This document shows, one piece after another, positions 13,201 to 23,193 of a stretch of DNA of 64,000 bases. The position numbers were made by a program, and so were the translations under genes. The first letter of the stretch is position 1; each line of letters begins with the position of its first letter. The DNA comes from Orbicella franksi (taxonomy: Eukaryota). Location: the NCBI GenBank assembly GCA_964199315.1, contig OZ116708.1:2108001-2172000 (forward strand), in the 5' to 3' direction. The notes beneath the pieces are model-generated. The model was given only the letters and a program-made list of their open reading frames with translations. It searched no databases and had not been told where the DNA came from.

Positions 13201-16050
13201 GTTTGTACTTATATTTAATAAACTGAAAACTGGACTGCGCCCAACGTTGCTTTCGGGAGAACCTCTATTAAAGGGTCACCTCCTTTAAGCGGTCAGTTGT
13301 CTCGTCCCTGAGAGTGGCCGCTAAATAGAGGTTCGACTGTACTTCCAAAGTAATCGACCTTAACTTCCGAGAAGCCAGAACTTCGTCGTGCCCATTCCTA
13401 TTCCATTCAATTCAAGTTTCTCCACATAGATACCACCGTTGTAAAATTTGCCCCAGACGCCTTCCTGGATCCTTATGAATATTTTGGCACCGATGAAACG
13501 GAAGCGAGTGTAAAGTTACTAACCTACTACATGATGGGTCAAGCGGGTAGTGAAGCATATTCCGAGCTAAGAGGCGGCATTCGGGACACCGTGATTGCTA
13601 CCTGGAGAGCAGAAGATTTGTGGTTAAATGCCAAGACAGAGCTGACACAATACTTGATCAAAAGATACATTGGTACAGCAGATGGAGTTTTTAGGGAAAC
13701 TCCGGGTGATGTGTTGTCCAGAGGTTATGATCCCCGAAGACGACCCTGGTACGTGATGTAACATTAATATATATATATTTCTTAATATATACACATATAT
13801 ATATATGGATTTCTGAAAACCGTGACAATTTCCAGGAAATACACAAGTTCCTTCAGTCAATCAATCGCTGCCAGTCTCTCACTACGCAGGCTACTCACCC
13901 ACCTTGCTTGTGTGGAGCTGGCTGGTTGCCGGTCATTAAGTCTCCGCAGCACAGTCGACGAAAGCCGGCAAAGGGTATGACCAGTTTTCAGCTAAAAGTG
14001 CCGCTCCCTGATTATGGCCATTGCGGCCTGGCTCGGTACCGGCTGGTAGCCAGCACCCTGCTGGGCTGTCTGTCAGAACCGTTCTTGACAGAAGCCTCCT
14101 TGGTTTTAAAGTGCCCGCAATGACCTGACGCCGACCATCGTCGATAGTCAAGCAAAAACGTTTTGCACCAGTTTTGACATCTTTTTTCATGAATCCAGAC
14201 ATACATACAATAACGAGAATATAGCATGCATGGCGCGCACAGGATAGTCGCAGTACCACATATCACATTAGGTCGTTCAGTTCCTCCTCTGGTTTTCCTC
14301 TCTCGGGCTTAATTCCTTTTAAAACTGGCAAGCTCAATCTTTTATCTCCGCTTTAAAAATCTAGATGAGTAATTTCTCTGAGATCGATTTTGCAATAAAA
14401 ACTAACGATAAATAATCACGACATTTCGATCTCTCCGAGTTCATTTTCAAGTGCGAGAAAAAATTCACAAAATTAGCATAATATGTTTCTAAAAGTAAAA
14501 ATACTTTAAAATGTCATGAACGGTAGAATGCAATAAAATATGTAAGACAAGTGACCTAAAACAATGAGACAATAGAACAATACTAATAAGAGTAAAGAAA
14601 TGATCTAAACAAATTATTTAGCACCAATTGAAACACAACTTTTGTTCAATGTAGGAAAATAGCCAGGACAGTCATTTATTCCGACACTTCCATAAACTTT
14701 TAAAAGTTTGCGCAATGTCATCCGGCTTCTTAACATGTTGCTCCCTTAAGTGTTGTCCAACTGCCGATCCTTCATGTTCTTCAATTCGTTGGTGTAGGTA
14801 AGATAAGATAAGAACTTTAGGCGACATAACCTGCATCGCACAAGTCACACTTGAAACATTGCACCACGCATTCTCTAACGGTGGTTTGTCTTCCCTCACT
14901 TTGATTTTGTCCTTGATCTTTCGACTTGTGTAGACCGTGCTAGTATCTGCGTTGATCTTTCGACTGAGGTCTACGTACTGCGTTTGCAGATTTCTGGTCT
15001 TTAAAAGGCAGCACGATTCTAATCGGAGCTTCTCTCTTCTCCGATACTTGGGTAAGTGAATCTTCAGACACTTTTGAATCAATGAATTGGCGGATGGTAT
15101 ACTGCAAAATATTTTCAGGGTAGCACAGTCGAGCAAATTTGACTGTCTTATTTTCAAAATTTTGTTTCTTTAAGAACTAAAACCAACACTGAACAAAAAA
15201 ATGCGTTCAAATTCGCGCTAAACAATTTGTTTATATCAGTTCTTTAAGCTTATTAATATCAGTATTGACTTATGTTAATTTTATATATTTTTACTCGCAC
15301 TTGTAAATGACGTCGGAAAGGTCGAAACGTTGTGACTTTTTATTGTTAGTTTTTTTAAAAAAATTAAAAATCTAGATCTGTTTATCCATCCTCAAGGATG
15401 TGTTGTTGTTGTTGTTGTTGTCGTCGTCGTTGTTGTTGTTGTAAGTATACCTCAGACGTCGATCACTGATTATTCAAGGTATTACGCTGCATTACGTCAT
15501 TCGGGATTTCTTACTCTTACAACACCATATTTGGACGCTACTGGAGCTGGAGTGGTGATAACCGCAGCCCGCGCTTTGTATCGCGGAGAGTCAAGTCGCA
15601 TTCATCAAACAAGTGATGAGGTGTTGGGGGTCATGGGAGCCGATTTTCCGCTGACCTATTTTTACAGGTATGGTATTGAAATATACTTGTTGATTGATCC
15701 TCAACAAGTAAATATTCCAGGGAGGGCCGCGAATTCAGTTAACTCCGTTTGAGGGCACCTGAGTGCTGTTAAAATTGTAATTAGATTTTCTGCAACATAC
15801 CATTCCCTGATGCTCGTTGATAATGCCACCCACCCTTGTCAAAAAACACGGGAGTATTTTGAAAGATGTTTCTTTCTTGATGTACGCAACAACTTCAGAC
15901 ACTGCACTAACTTAGACACAGAGCAGCATTCTGCCCATGCTGTACCGTGTCTGCTTCCCTTCACAATGAGCTAGGAAAACTGTAAGTTTACTGAAATTAA
16001 AAGTAAAAAAGGATGTATAGAGAAAAAGCACTCAACAATTTTATTTTACA

Positions 16051-16089
<39 letters not shown>

Positions 16090-16177
16090 CATCATCCTCA
16101 CGTAATGTTTGCTTAGAGTCCTTAGGGCCGAGACCAAACCATGGTCCTGGGGCACTAGGGGATAGCCGGTTTTTAGC

Positions 16178-16214
<37 letters not shown>

Positions 16215-19200
16215 TTTTATTATTATTTAAATTATTATTATTATCTCGAAAAAGGCACTTAAGATACTTCCCACATTTGCATTACTAGCGTTTGTAACAG
16301 AATCCTATTTGTTGTCGGTTAAGAGGAAACCTAGAAGTCTTACATCTGTATCACCGCTAATACAATAATAATACAATTTAACGCTAAATGTAATGAGCTG
16401 ACCAACCGTAAATGTAATACAAGTTAACCTCAAATGTAATAACATAGTTTTAAAAGCTCCCTTACGGTTACGAGGCATCACTTGAAGTCTCGGGGATTTA
16501 CACTCTTTACACTCTTTTTGAAAGTGGGCTATTATTAGAAGTCCTTCTGGTTGTGTTCAAAAGATTTTGATGAGACGGTAGTATGATAAAACAGATAAAA
16601 ATATACTGATGGTACAGTTGATATAATGACAACTTTAATAGCAACGATACTCATTCATATATAATCACAACTTATTTGTAAATTAAATAAACATATTAGA
16701 AAAACGTATTCATACCCGTATAGGTATTGTATGGGAGTAACCCCCCGGGGGCAATCTGCCTAACGGTTTAGTTAGTAAAGGTGATTAACCGTGATTGGGT
16801 AATCTGATAATCTATTGAAGTGATATCATATCACTGATGATATTGATGCCACTTACGCCTTTGCCACCCTTAGTAACGTGCTATTACATTAAAGGTTAAC
16901 TTGTATTACATTTACGTTTGGTCAGCTTATTACATTTAGCGTTAAATTGTATTACATTTACGGTGGGGTAAGTTATTACATTTAGGGTTGATTTTTATTA
17001 CATTTGCGGTTAGTATTACATTTAGAGTTAGTTTTTATTACATTTACGGTTGTTATTACATTTAGCGTTGTTGTTACATTTAGCGGTGATAGAAGTCTAC
17101 CGACTGGCGTTGATCCATACAATGAGTCTCATAAAGGTTCCATGATCTTTTGAAAACTGTCTGGCAGGTTAATAGCAAAGAACTACCCAAAGTGTGAGGA
17201 TATACAAGCCTATTCGTGCTTCGTTATGGACAGCGCTGGTTTCCTTGTCATGCACCAGAGCTTTATGGACCCTTCAGCTTCAAGACAAGCGATAGAGCGC
17301 GTGCATATCGCCGAGAAAGAGGAGCATATAGCAGAAGACATGATTAACAAGGGTTATCTGGTTAAAAAGGAATGCCGAAACCTAGAAGACATAGAAGAGC
17401 AAACATTTTATGAAGTCAATTTACCTCAATCTGGTGAAGTGGATGCAACAGATAATGCTGGAAGTTGTACTAAATACCAAATTGGAAAAATTGAAGGGAC
17501 AAACATGTATTTAGGTAAAATACGATAAGTTGTGTGAAATATTTTAAATAACACTTTATATACACTTATAAGCCGATTCGTGCAATTCTATAATATTATA
17601 TTTCAGCTAGCCATTATTTCTAAACAGACCAGGCTTTTCTTCTTCCTTGTCTCAAGGCAAAACACCCTGTGATTCGTAAAATGTAAATTCTATAACAATG
17701 AAACTTAATACGTGTATCACAAGTCGGAATAGTGCGAAATATCAAGGAAAATTACGTCATAATCTCCGAACAACCGCTAACTTGGATTTTATTATTTTAA
17801 CAAAACGCAGGAAAACCTTTAAAAACCTCACTAAATCTAAATCTGAGTCGTAAAGGGGAAAATTCAAAATTTGAAAAACATGCTTGTCAAAGTATGGTTG
17901 CCATGGCAAAAACAACGGTATGTCTTACAAGATCGGATCTAAATGTAAGGAAAATTCACCAGATTTGGGACTTATTACTTCAGTAAGCGTTCAAACTTTC
18001 TGAGGGCCTTAAATTTTCCCTGCATAGACAGGAAAATTAACACTTGACTGTATTAAATTACAGGAATTTCTTTGAGAGATCCAGGTTGTTCTCGAGGCTG
18101 TACTTGTTCTTCAAATGAACCGTGTAAATTCTTATCTTGCAAATGCCCTTGTATCTCTTCACTGGATTTTCATTACTGTCGCGGAGAGTTCCCCAATAGC
18201 AGGTTGGTTGATTTTAAGATAACTTTACTTGATCCTGTTTTGCAAATTTCTCCTTACTTTTCTCTTGCGAAAGCTAACCAGTTGCTTTAATGCTCTTTAG
18301 AGTAATAGGGCCACAGTAGGAAGGGGATATTTGCAAGATTAGGTTGTTTGATATGTTATTTGAAAATTAAACCTTTTTTATAAGGTTTGCATTACCAATA
18401 CGTTCGAGTAATTCAGTTTGCCACACGGAAATGTGCAACAGCAACAAAATGACTTTTAATAAAAGGACCTTGCTACATCATATACTTTAGACAAAAGCCA
18501 AGATGATCTTATTCCAAAATAATAACATGACATATGAAAAGGAAATTACAACTGAGTCTCGTGGATTCTAAATATAACGACTCGTACCCATTCAACAGAA
18601 ATGATAGGCAAACGAATCTCTTCGTAACTGAAGTTTTGAGTGGGTCATCAAAGCTATTAGCCAGTGCTCCTCTTCCCCCCCCCCCCCCCCCCTTCCTCCC
18701 CTTCCCTGGCTGCTCCTCAGCCGTGTGGAGTATGTTTATATTACAACCAAATTGTACTGTATATTTTAGTCTTCCTGTTTGCCCAGCGCTGGCCCCTGAC
18801 CAGTCGGAAGTTCTTTCTCCAAAGAAAGAATGCCCTAGGTTGGAAAAATGCTTTGATCCTCACTGCAAAGAGAAAAGCGGTCAGCACACCTGCGATGGGA
18901 TTGTTAGTTGCTATTGGTGCGAGAGGGATAAAGATGATGTCATATTACCTAAGCCGTACTGTGATAGTTACGAACAGTGCTTCAGAGGGAAAGAGACTCC
19001 GGCCATTAAGGGTAATAGTAAAATTATTTAATCATCATTTTTGATACTTCAAGATTTCATCCATGTGTCAATGACCAATTTAATTAATCACACTGGAATG
19101 CGTTAGAACCCCACCATCTCCAACTAGCAAGGGGACGCAAATAATAGTTCGAGACAAAGAGCTTCGAGATAACTGACAGTAAATGCCTGAAATATCACAT

Positions 19201-20767
19201 GCAAGAGCTTGAAAGAAGGGGAAGGGTAGGGATAGCGGGGTGTTTGAAATAACCGAGTTCGAGATAACGGGTACCTTTACACCANNNNNNNNNNNNNNNN
19301 NNNNNNNNNNNNNNNNNNNNNNNNNNNNNNNNNNNNNNNNNNNNNNNNNNNNNNNNNNNNNNNNNNNNNNNNNNNNNNNNNNNNNNNNNNNNNNNNNNNN
19401 NNNNNNNNNNNNNNNGTTGCGACACACAAGCTCTGGAGACACATGATGACACAATACAGTATGTTGCACCAAGATTGTATCCTGCAAATGCAACGTCGCG
19501 CACATTGTTGCTGCAACTCAGTGCTGACTCCTTTTATCTTTGGCAGACGATGAACCAAATTGTGGCCAAGCAGAGACGTCAAGTCCAGATGGTGGTGATA
19601 ATGGCGGTTTGTCTACTGGTGTCATTTTAGGAATTTGTACAGGGTGTATAATCATCGTGGCGGTGGTAGTGGCTGCACTATATTGGGTAAGAAACTAGCC
19701 AGTTAATCTCTTCTGTATATTGTGCCTAAGATAGTTGCCATCTCAGTTAATGGGTGTTACTATTTATGGAACTTAATGAAGGGTTTTAAATCTGATACAA
19801 ACACAGCTTTACAATTCCTCCTGATTCACAGGACGCCTTTGGCAGGGGCAAATTTGGAACGTACATTTTAAAATCCGATTTTTTTTCATATTAACATTCT
19901 GTAGTCGAGCATTTTCACCGTGACTATCTGCTGATGTTTTAAGCATATAAGAATTCTAAAAGATAAGAATTTTCACCTTCGGAGAGTACTGAATAGAATT
20001 AAGTTTGCAGCTTGACTAACACGTGCACATGTGCGGGTTTTTTTCTTCAGGGTAAACGTCATTACCGACCAATGGGTGATATGCCGAATAATCATGAGCC
20101 GGACCATCCCATGTCAATTGATAACCCCATTGGTCCTGTATACGCAGCTATCAATGACACCCAGAGAGAATCTGGATCACAACCTTCCACAAATGGAGAC
20201 CTAAACATCATAAGTAAGCAACCTGAACCTCATGACCAGCTACCAAGCATTCCCTTGAAAAGAAAGGTCAGTGGTAACCAGCCCCCTCCCATTCCGGCAA
20301 CACGGAGGCCTTCTGGAGCCGTAGAAACACTGGCTATGGGAATTTTGCAGTTGAGCGATCAAGAACATCCCAGAAAGGCATCCATTGACGTTGGAAGAGT
20401 AAACGCTCATCGAGCTAAGAGACCTTCTGAACTTGGCGACCCATCTACCCCTATTCCTGAGGAAAACACGCTTCAGGTGACATACCCGCCGACCAGTTGG
20501 GGAAACAGCGAGAGAGTCTATGGTAATATGCAGTGTTCTGACATGACAAACATATCAAACCATCTTCCTGAAAGGGATATGCCTCAGACAACAAACCCGG
20601 CGACTATTTCGGAACAGGGAGAAAGACTATATGGCAATGTAACGCCAAAGGTTGCTAAAATACCAGTGGAATCACATGATGAAGGGGCTGGTGATATCAC
20701 TGACGATAATGTATACTTGGAATTCGGTAATACCGGGGAGGCTCCTGTAGAAACACAACAAACTTAA
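1300..20767 (+). CDS. CACHD1: Gene A: VWA- and dCache-domain type-I membrane protein (CACHD1/alpha2delta family), ~1324 aa, 15 exons
   Basis: Manually spliced exons: 1300-1473, 7134-7718, 8457-8592, 8950-9248, 10231-10360, 10652-10931, 11839-12035, 12478-12558, 13430-13748, 15479-15667, 17168-17514, 18064-18202, 18770-19011, 19547-19686, 20051-20767. All introns are GT-AG and the total of 3975 nt is in frame. Landmarks: signal-peptide-like N-terminus, WQYFGSEEG, YDPRYRPFY, VWA DTSWS...VILFLTDG, PYVDAFG...GTD, YDPRRRPWY, Cys-rich stalk, TM VILGICTGCIIIVAVVVAALYW and a 238-aa tail. The symbol denotes the family (CACHD1-like), not proven orthology. Confidence 0.9.
2201..2428 (+). repeat. 5' LTR
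   Basis: TGTAGAGATA...TTCGCTACA; differs from the 3' LTR at 5 of 228 positions; contains AATAAA at 2371-2376. Confidence 0.95.
2429..2445 (+). promoter_or_regulatory. Primer-binding site, probably tRNA-Leu
   Basis: TGGTGTCAGAAGTAGGA directly follows the 5' LTR. It is complementary to a tRNA 3' end ...CUUCUGACACCA, which I recall as tRNA-Leu. Confidence 0.75.
2468..6543 (+). pseudogene. Disabled gag-pol polyprotein of the LTR retrotransposon
   Basis: Gag starts at 2468. Knuckles CFNCGMIHGRDC and CFNCGRRNHFAHRC, protease DTG, RT (DAKDGFHQI, MPFG, IADD), RNase H (CDAS, EKE, SDH), integrase HHCC and core (DLF, TDNG, RAENAVK) are all visible. Lesions: one frameshift at ~3130-3160 and in-frame TAA codons at 4354-4356 and 5545-5547; ORFs 3181, 4432 and 5551 share one frame. 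Confidence 0.92.
6669..6679 (+). promoter_or_regulatory. Polypurine tract
   Basis: AAAGAGGGAGA lies immediately before the 3' LTR. Confidence 0.85.
6680..6907 (+). repeat. 3' LTR
   Basis: 228-bp direct repeat of 2201-2428 with TG...CA termini. Confidence 0.95.
7921..8216 (-). mobile_element. tRNA-derived SINE in intron 2 of gene A
   Basis: The minus strand has an A box (TGGCGCAGTGG), a B box (GGTTCGATTTCC), a central GGTTTTTCTCCGGGTTCTCCGGTTTTCCCC domain and an (ATTTAC)n tail. A related copy lies at 48181-48370. Confidence 0.85.
9903..10043. repeat. ~140-bp imperfect palindromic interspersed element
   Basis: Arms TATCAAACAC...CCACATTTCCAA and TTGAAAATGTGG...GTGTTTGAGATA flank a CGCTACGCGTCG core. 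Confidence 0.7.
12060..12360. repeat. Compound tetranucleotide microsatellite (GACT/GATT/CATT)
   Basis: Runs of GACT, GATT and (CATT)n in intron 7 of gene A. Confidence 0.85.
12735..13339. mobile_element. Non-autonomous Tc1/mariner-pogo(Tigger)-type element, 605 bp
   Basis: TIRs C[C/A]GTCGAACCTCT[G/A]TT[A/T]AGCGGC, TA duplication on both sides (12733-34 and 13340-41), and internal CTATTAAGCGGCC repeats. Confidence 0.85.
14660..15340. mobile_element. Penelope-like retroelement remnant (GIY-YIG endonuclease C-terminal region), two fragments in opposite orientation
   Basis: Minus-strand YTSRKIKDKIKVREDKPP...LHQRIEEHEGSAVGQHLREQH. Plus-strand ~15125-15230 reads KFDCLIFK...LKPTLNK...IRAK, followed by a 3' non-coding motif ending GTCGAAACG. 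Confidence 0.65.
16349..17091. mobile_element. Non-autonomous TIR DNA element with subterminal ATTACATTTA repeats
   Basis: Termini TATCACCGCTAA / TTAGCGGTGATA. Segment 16368-16441 is the reverse complement of ~16880-16955. The right arm carries about ten ATTACATT(T)A units. Confidence 0.8.
19285..19415. other. Assembly gap (131 N) in intron 13 of gene A
   Basis: Run of N. Confidence 1.
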
Positions 20768-21795
20768 TAAACAACTGAAAACTAGAACTCAGGTCAATAT
20801 TCCACGCTATACATGCTCCTACTAAATGTACGTACTAATGTTAGCTGCGGAGGTGCAGTTGTTACAGAGGTATTCATTTTAGAGTGTAGTCTGATTTATA
20901 GATATGTCTTGTAGAGACATATTCACCATAGGGACGTATCTGCCTTAGCAATATGTCTGCCATACGGATGTCTGCCTTGAGGCAATTAATTTAAGTTAGA
21001 GTCTTCTTTAGAAGAGGAACTGCTCTAGATACATATCAGCTAAAGGAAGGAGCTTGTATCTGCTGAAGAGAGAGTTTTTTCTTAAATTGGAGTTTACCTT
21101 AGCGCTAGAGAAGTGCCTTCCTTGGAACAATTTCCGTCTCAGAGCGAGATCCCCATGCAAACAAGTAGGGTTCAGCTTTAGATGTCTTCCTCAGATAAAT
21201 ATCTTCTTTACAGTGATTTATACCTCAGAGCGGAGCTTTCATGGCAAATATGTGCCAGGCTGGGATAGATTTCATCAAAAGAAAGATATCTTCCTTACAC
21301 GTATTTATGCTTTAGAGGGGAGTTTGCAGTATAAAGATATTTCCTTACAGATACGACTTTCATGGAGAGATGTCTAACTCAAAGACGTCCCTGCCTTGAC
21401 CTTGTGTCCCATATCCACTGCAGATACGTCCCTGCCTCAACGAGGGTATATGTCAATCATTTGTGATGGATGCATTGGGCAAGAGTACTCCAAAGTAATA
21501 ACTTAAAAAGGCATGTCACGCTTAGATGACGAAGCTGTGACTGTAAGGTTAAAATAGTCGAACATAAAATAAATAGGGGAGTGTGTAACCGACTTCCTCT
21601 GATAAATAAGATAAAAAAGCTGACAGAATATTCGAAACGAGTTATTTAATGAAAGTATAGCACACAAAATGTTACCTTTAGTAATAACACTATTTCGAGT
21701 GCAATTTGGATTAAATAATGATCACTACCTATTACCTAGATTAAAGAACAACACTGCAAAGGCTCTTCCCTCCAAGTGAAGCATAGGCCATCAAA

Positions 21796-21829
21796 GATCT
21801 CGATCTCGATCTCGATCTCGATCTCGATC
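21796..21829. repeat. (GATCTC)5 hexanucleotide repeat
   Basis: Five perfect GATCTC units, seen directly. Confidence 0.9.
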
Positions 21830-22089
21830 GACTCTGGGCTGTCCTTTCTACCTCGGCCCAGATAGTACTACTTCTCTTTAGTTTTGACAAAGGCCAACAC
21901 TCCCAGTGATGTTTAAAAATGATGTAACTGCCGTATTACGGTGGCTTTCAAAATAATATTCAAAACAATGCAGCTCGAAATATCCCTATTGACACTGTCT
22001 AAATAACTGCACAAAGTGTGGTTGTTGCATGTTTATGGGGTACTTAAGAGATAGCCGTCTATAGCATCGAGTGCAATGACAAATATTAG

Positions 22090-22120
<31 letters not shown>

Positions 22121-22204
22121 GGAGTGTTTATTGGCTTAACCATCATGGTATATTAGCGATGCTCTACATATATGGTTAGCGCATTTGGGGGACGTTTTTA
22201 ATAA

Positions 22205-22320
22205 AACAATTATTCCACTCGCGCCTGTCAGATATGGGATAAAAATAGCCAACTCGGCGCTACGTGCCTCGTTGGATATCTACCATCTCATATCCAACGC
22301 GCGCTCGTGAAATAATTGTT
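22205..22320. repeat. ~115-bp imperfect palindromic interspersed element
   Basis: Arms AACAATTATT...CCAAC and GTTGG...AATAATTGTT flank a GGCGCTACGTGCCTCG core. Confidence 0.7.
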
Positions 22321-23193
22321 AAAAAAAACTCTGTTTACCTCGTCTGTATGTATGAGAGGTGATGGAGGGGTGGAGGGGTGGGGTAGAGACCCTCGTCAAC
22401 TTTGAGAATTTGTTACTTTAAAAGCAATAAAGCAATCTGGTAACTTTTCCCACAAGATAAGTGGGTTTAATTTTTAATGACATTGTATTGTTCCTGGAAC
22501 TGCATGTTAATAGCAACCGTTTTTTGGTACGCATCATCAATTTTCCAGTCTTTAATAAAAAAATTCTTGCCGTAGCTTTAACTTTTTTCACCATTTTCAA
22601 TCTGATCAATTTTGGGATAAATAAAATCTTCCTTTTTCCGGCCTCTTGGACACCACCTCTTGTTTGAACAAAAACTGACGAAGGCGTCCCACGGTGGGAA
22701 TATCACTTTGTTTGTACGTCGCAGGGTTAAAGTGAAATTAGAAACCACACTTTTCAAAGGAAACCAATTTAATAACTGTCAAACATTTACACCCCTGTAT
22801 AGCGAAGTTGTTAACTAATTACATTTAGTTAACATAACTTTAAGTAAAGTTTTTCTCTTTTTCAACCGACTACAAACGTAATATTTAGACCTGAACGGAA
22901 CCACCGTGTTATAATAAAGTGTAACTACTACTTTTGCCAGAGGAGTTGCTAGGCATACGTGACACTCCCTTGCGAAACTAGTACTAATAGTACTAACACA
23001 GTTTTACTGCAACTGTCACTACTATACCACCATTACCGTCACTACTTCTCCTTCTTCTTCTCCTTCCACAAAACTACTACTAATATAAATATGAATGAAT
23101 ATTTAACCCATTTAAGAAATTTTTCTGAAAGACGGCATCTAGTTAAGTTCAAAATATGTAATCACAAACTAATACATGCATTACATACATTAC

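Noticed and set aside
18534-18769. Poly-Pro N-terminal extension of ORF 18534-19031
   Set aside because: It arises from an intronic poly-C run upstream of the exon 13 acceptor at 18769.
20051-20767. Canonical ITAM/ITIM in the gene A tail
   Set aside because: There is no YxxL/I-x6-8-YxxL/I pair, and the -2 positions (P, R, N) do not fit the ITIM consensus. Reported only as generic SH2-type motifs.
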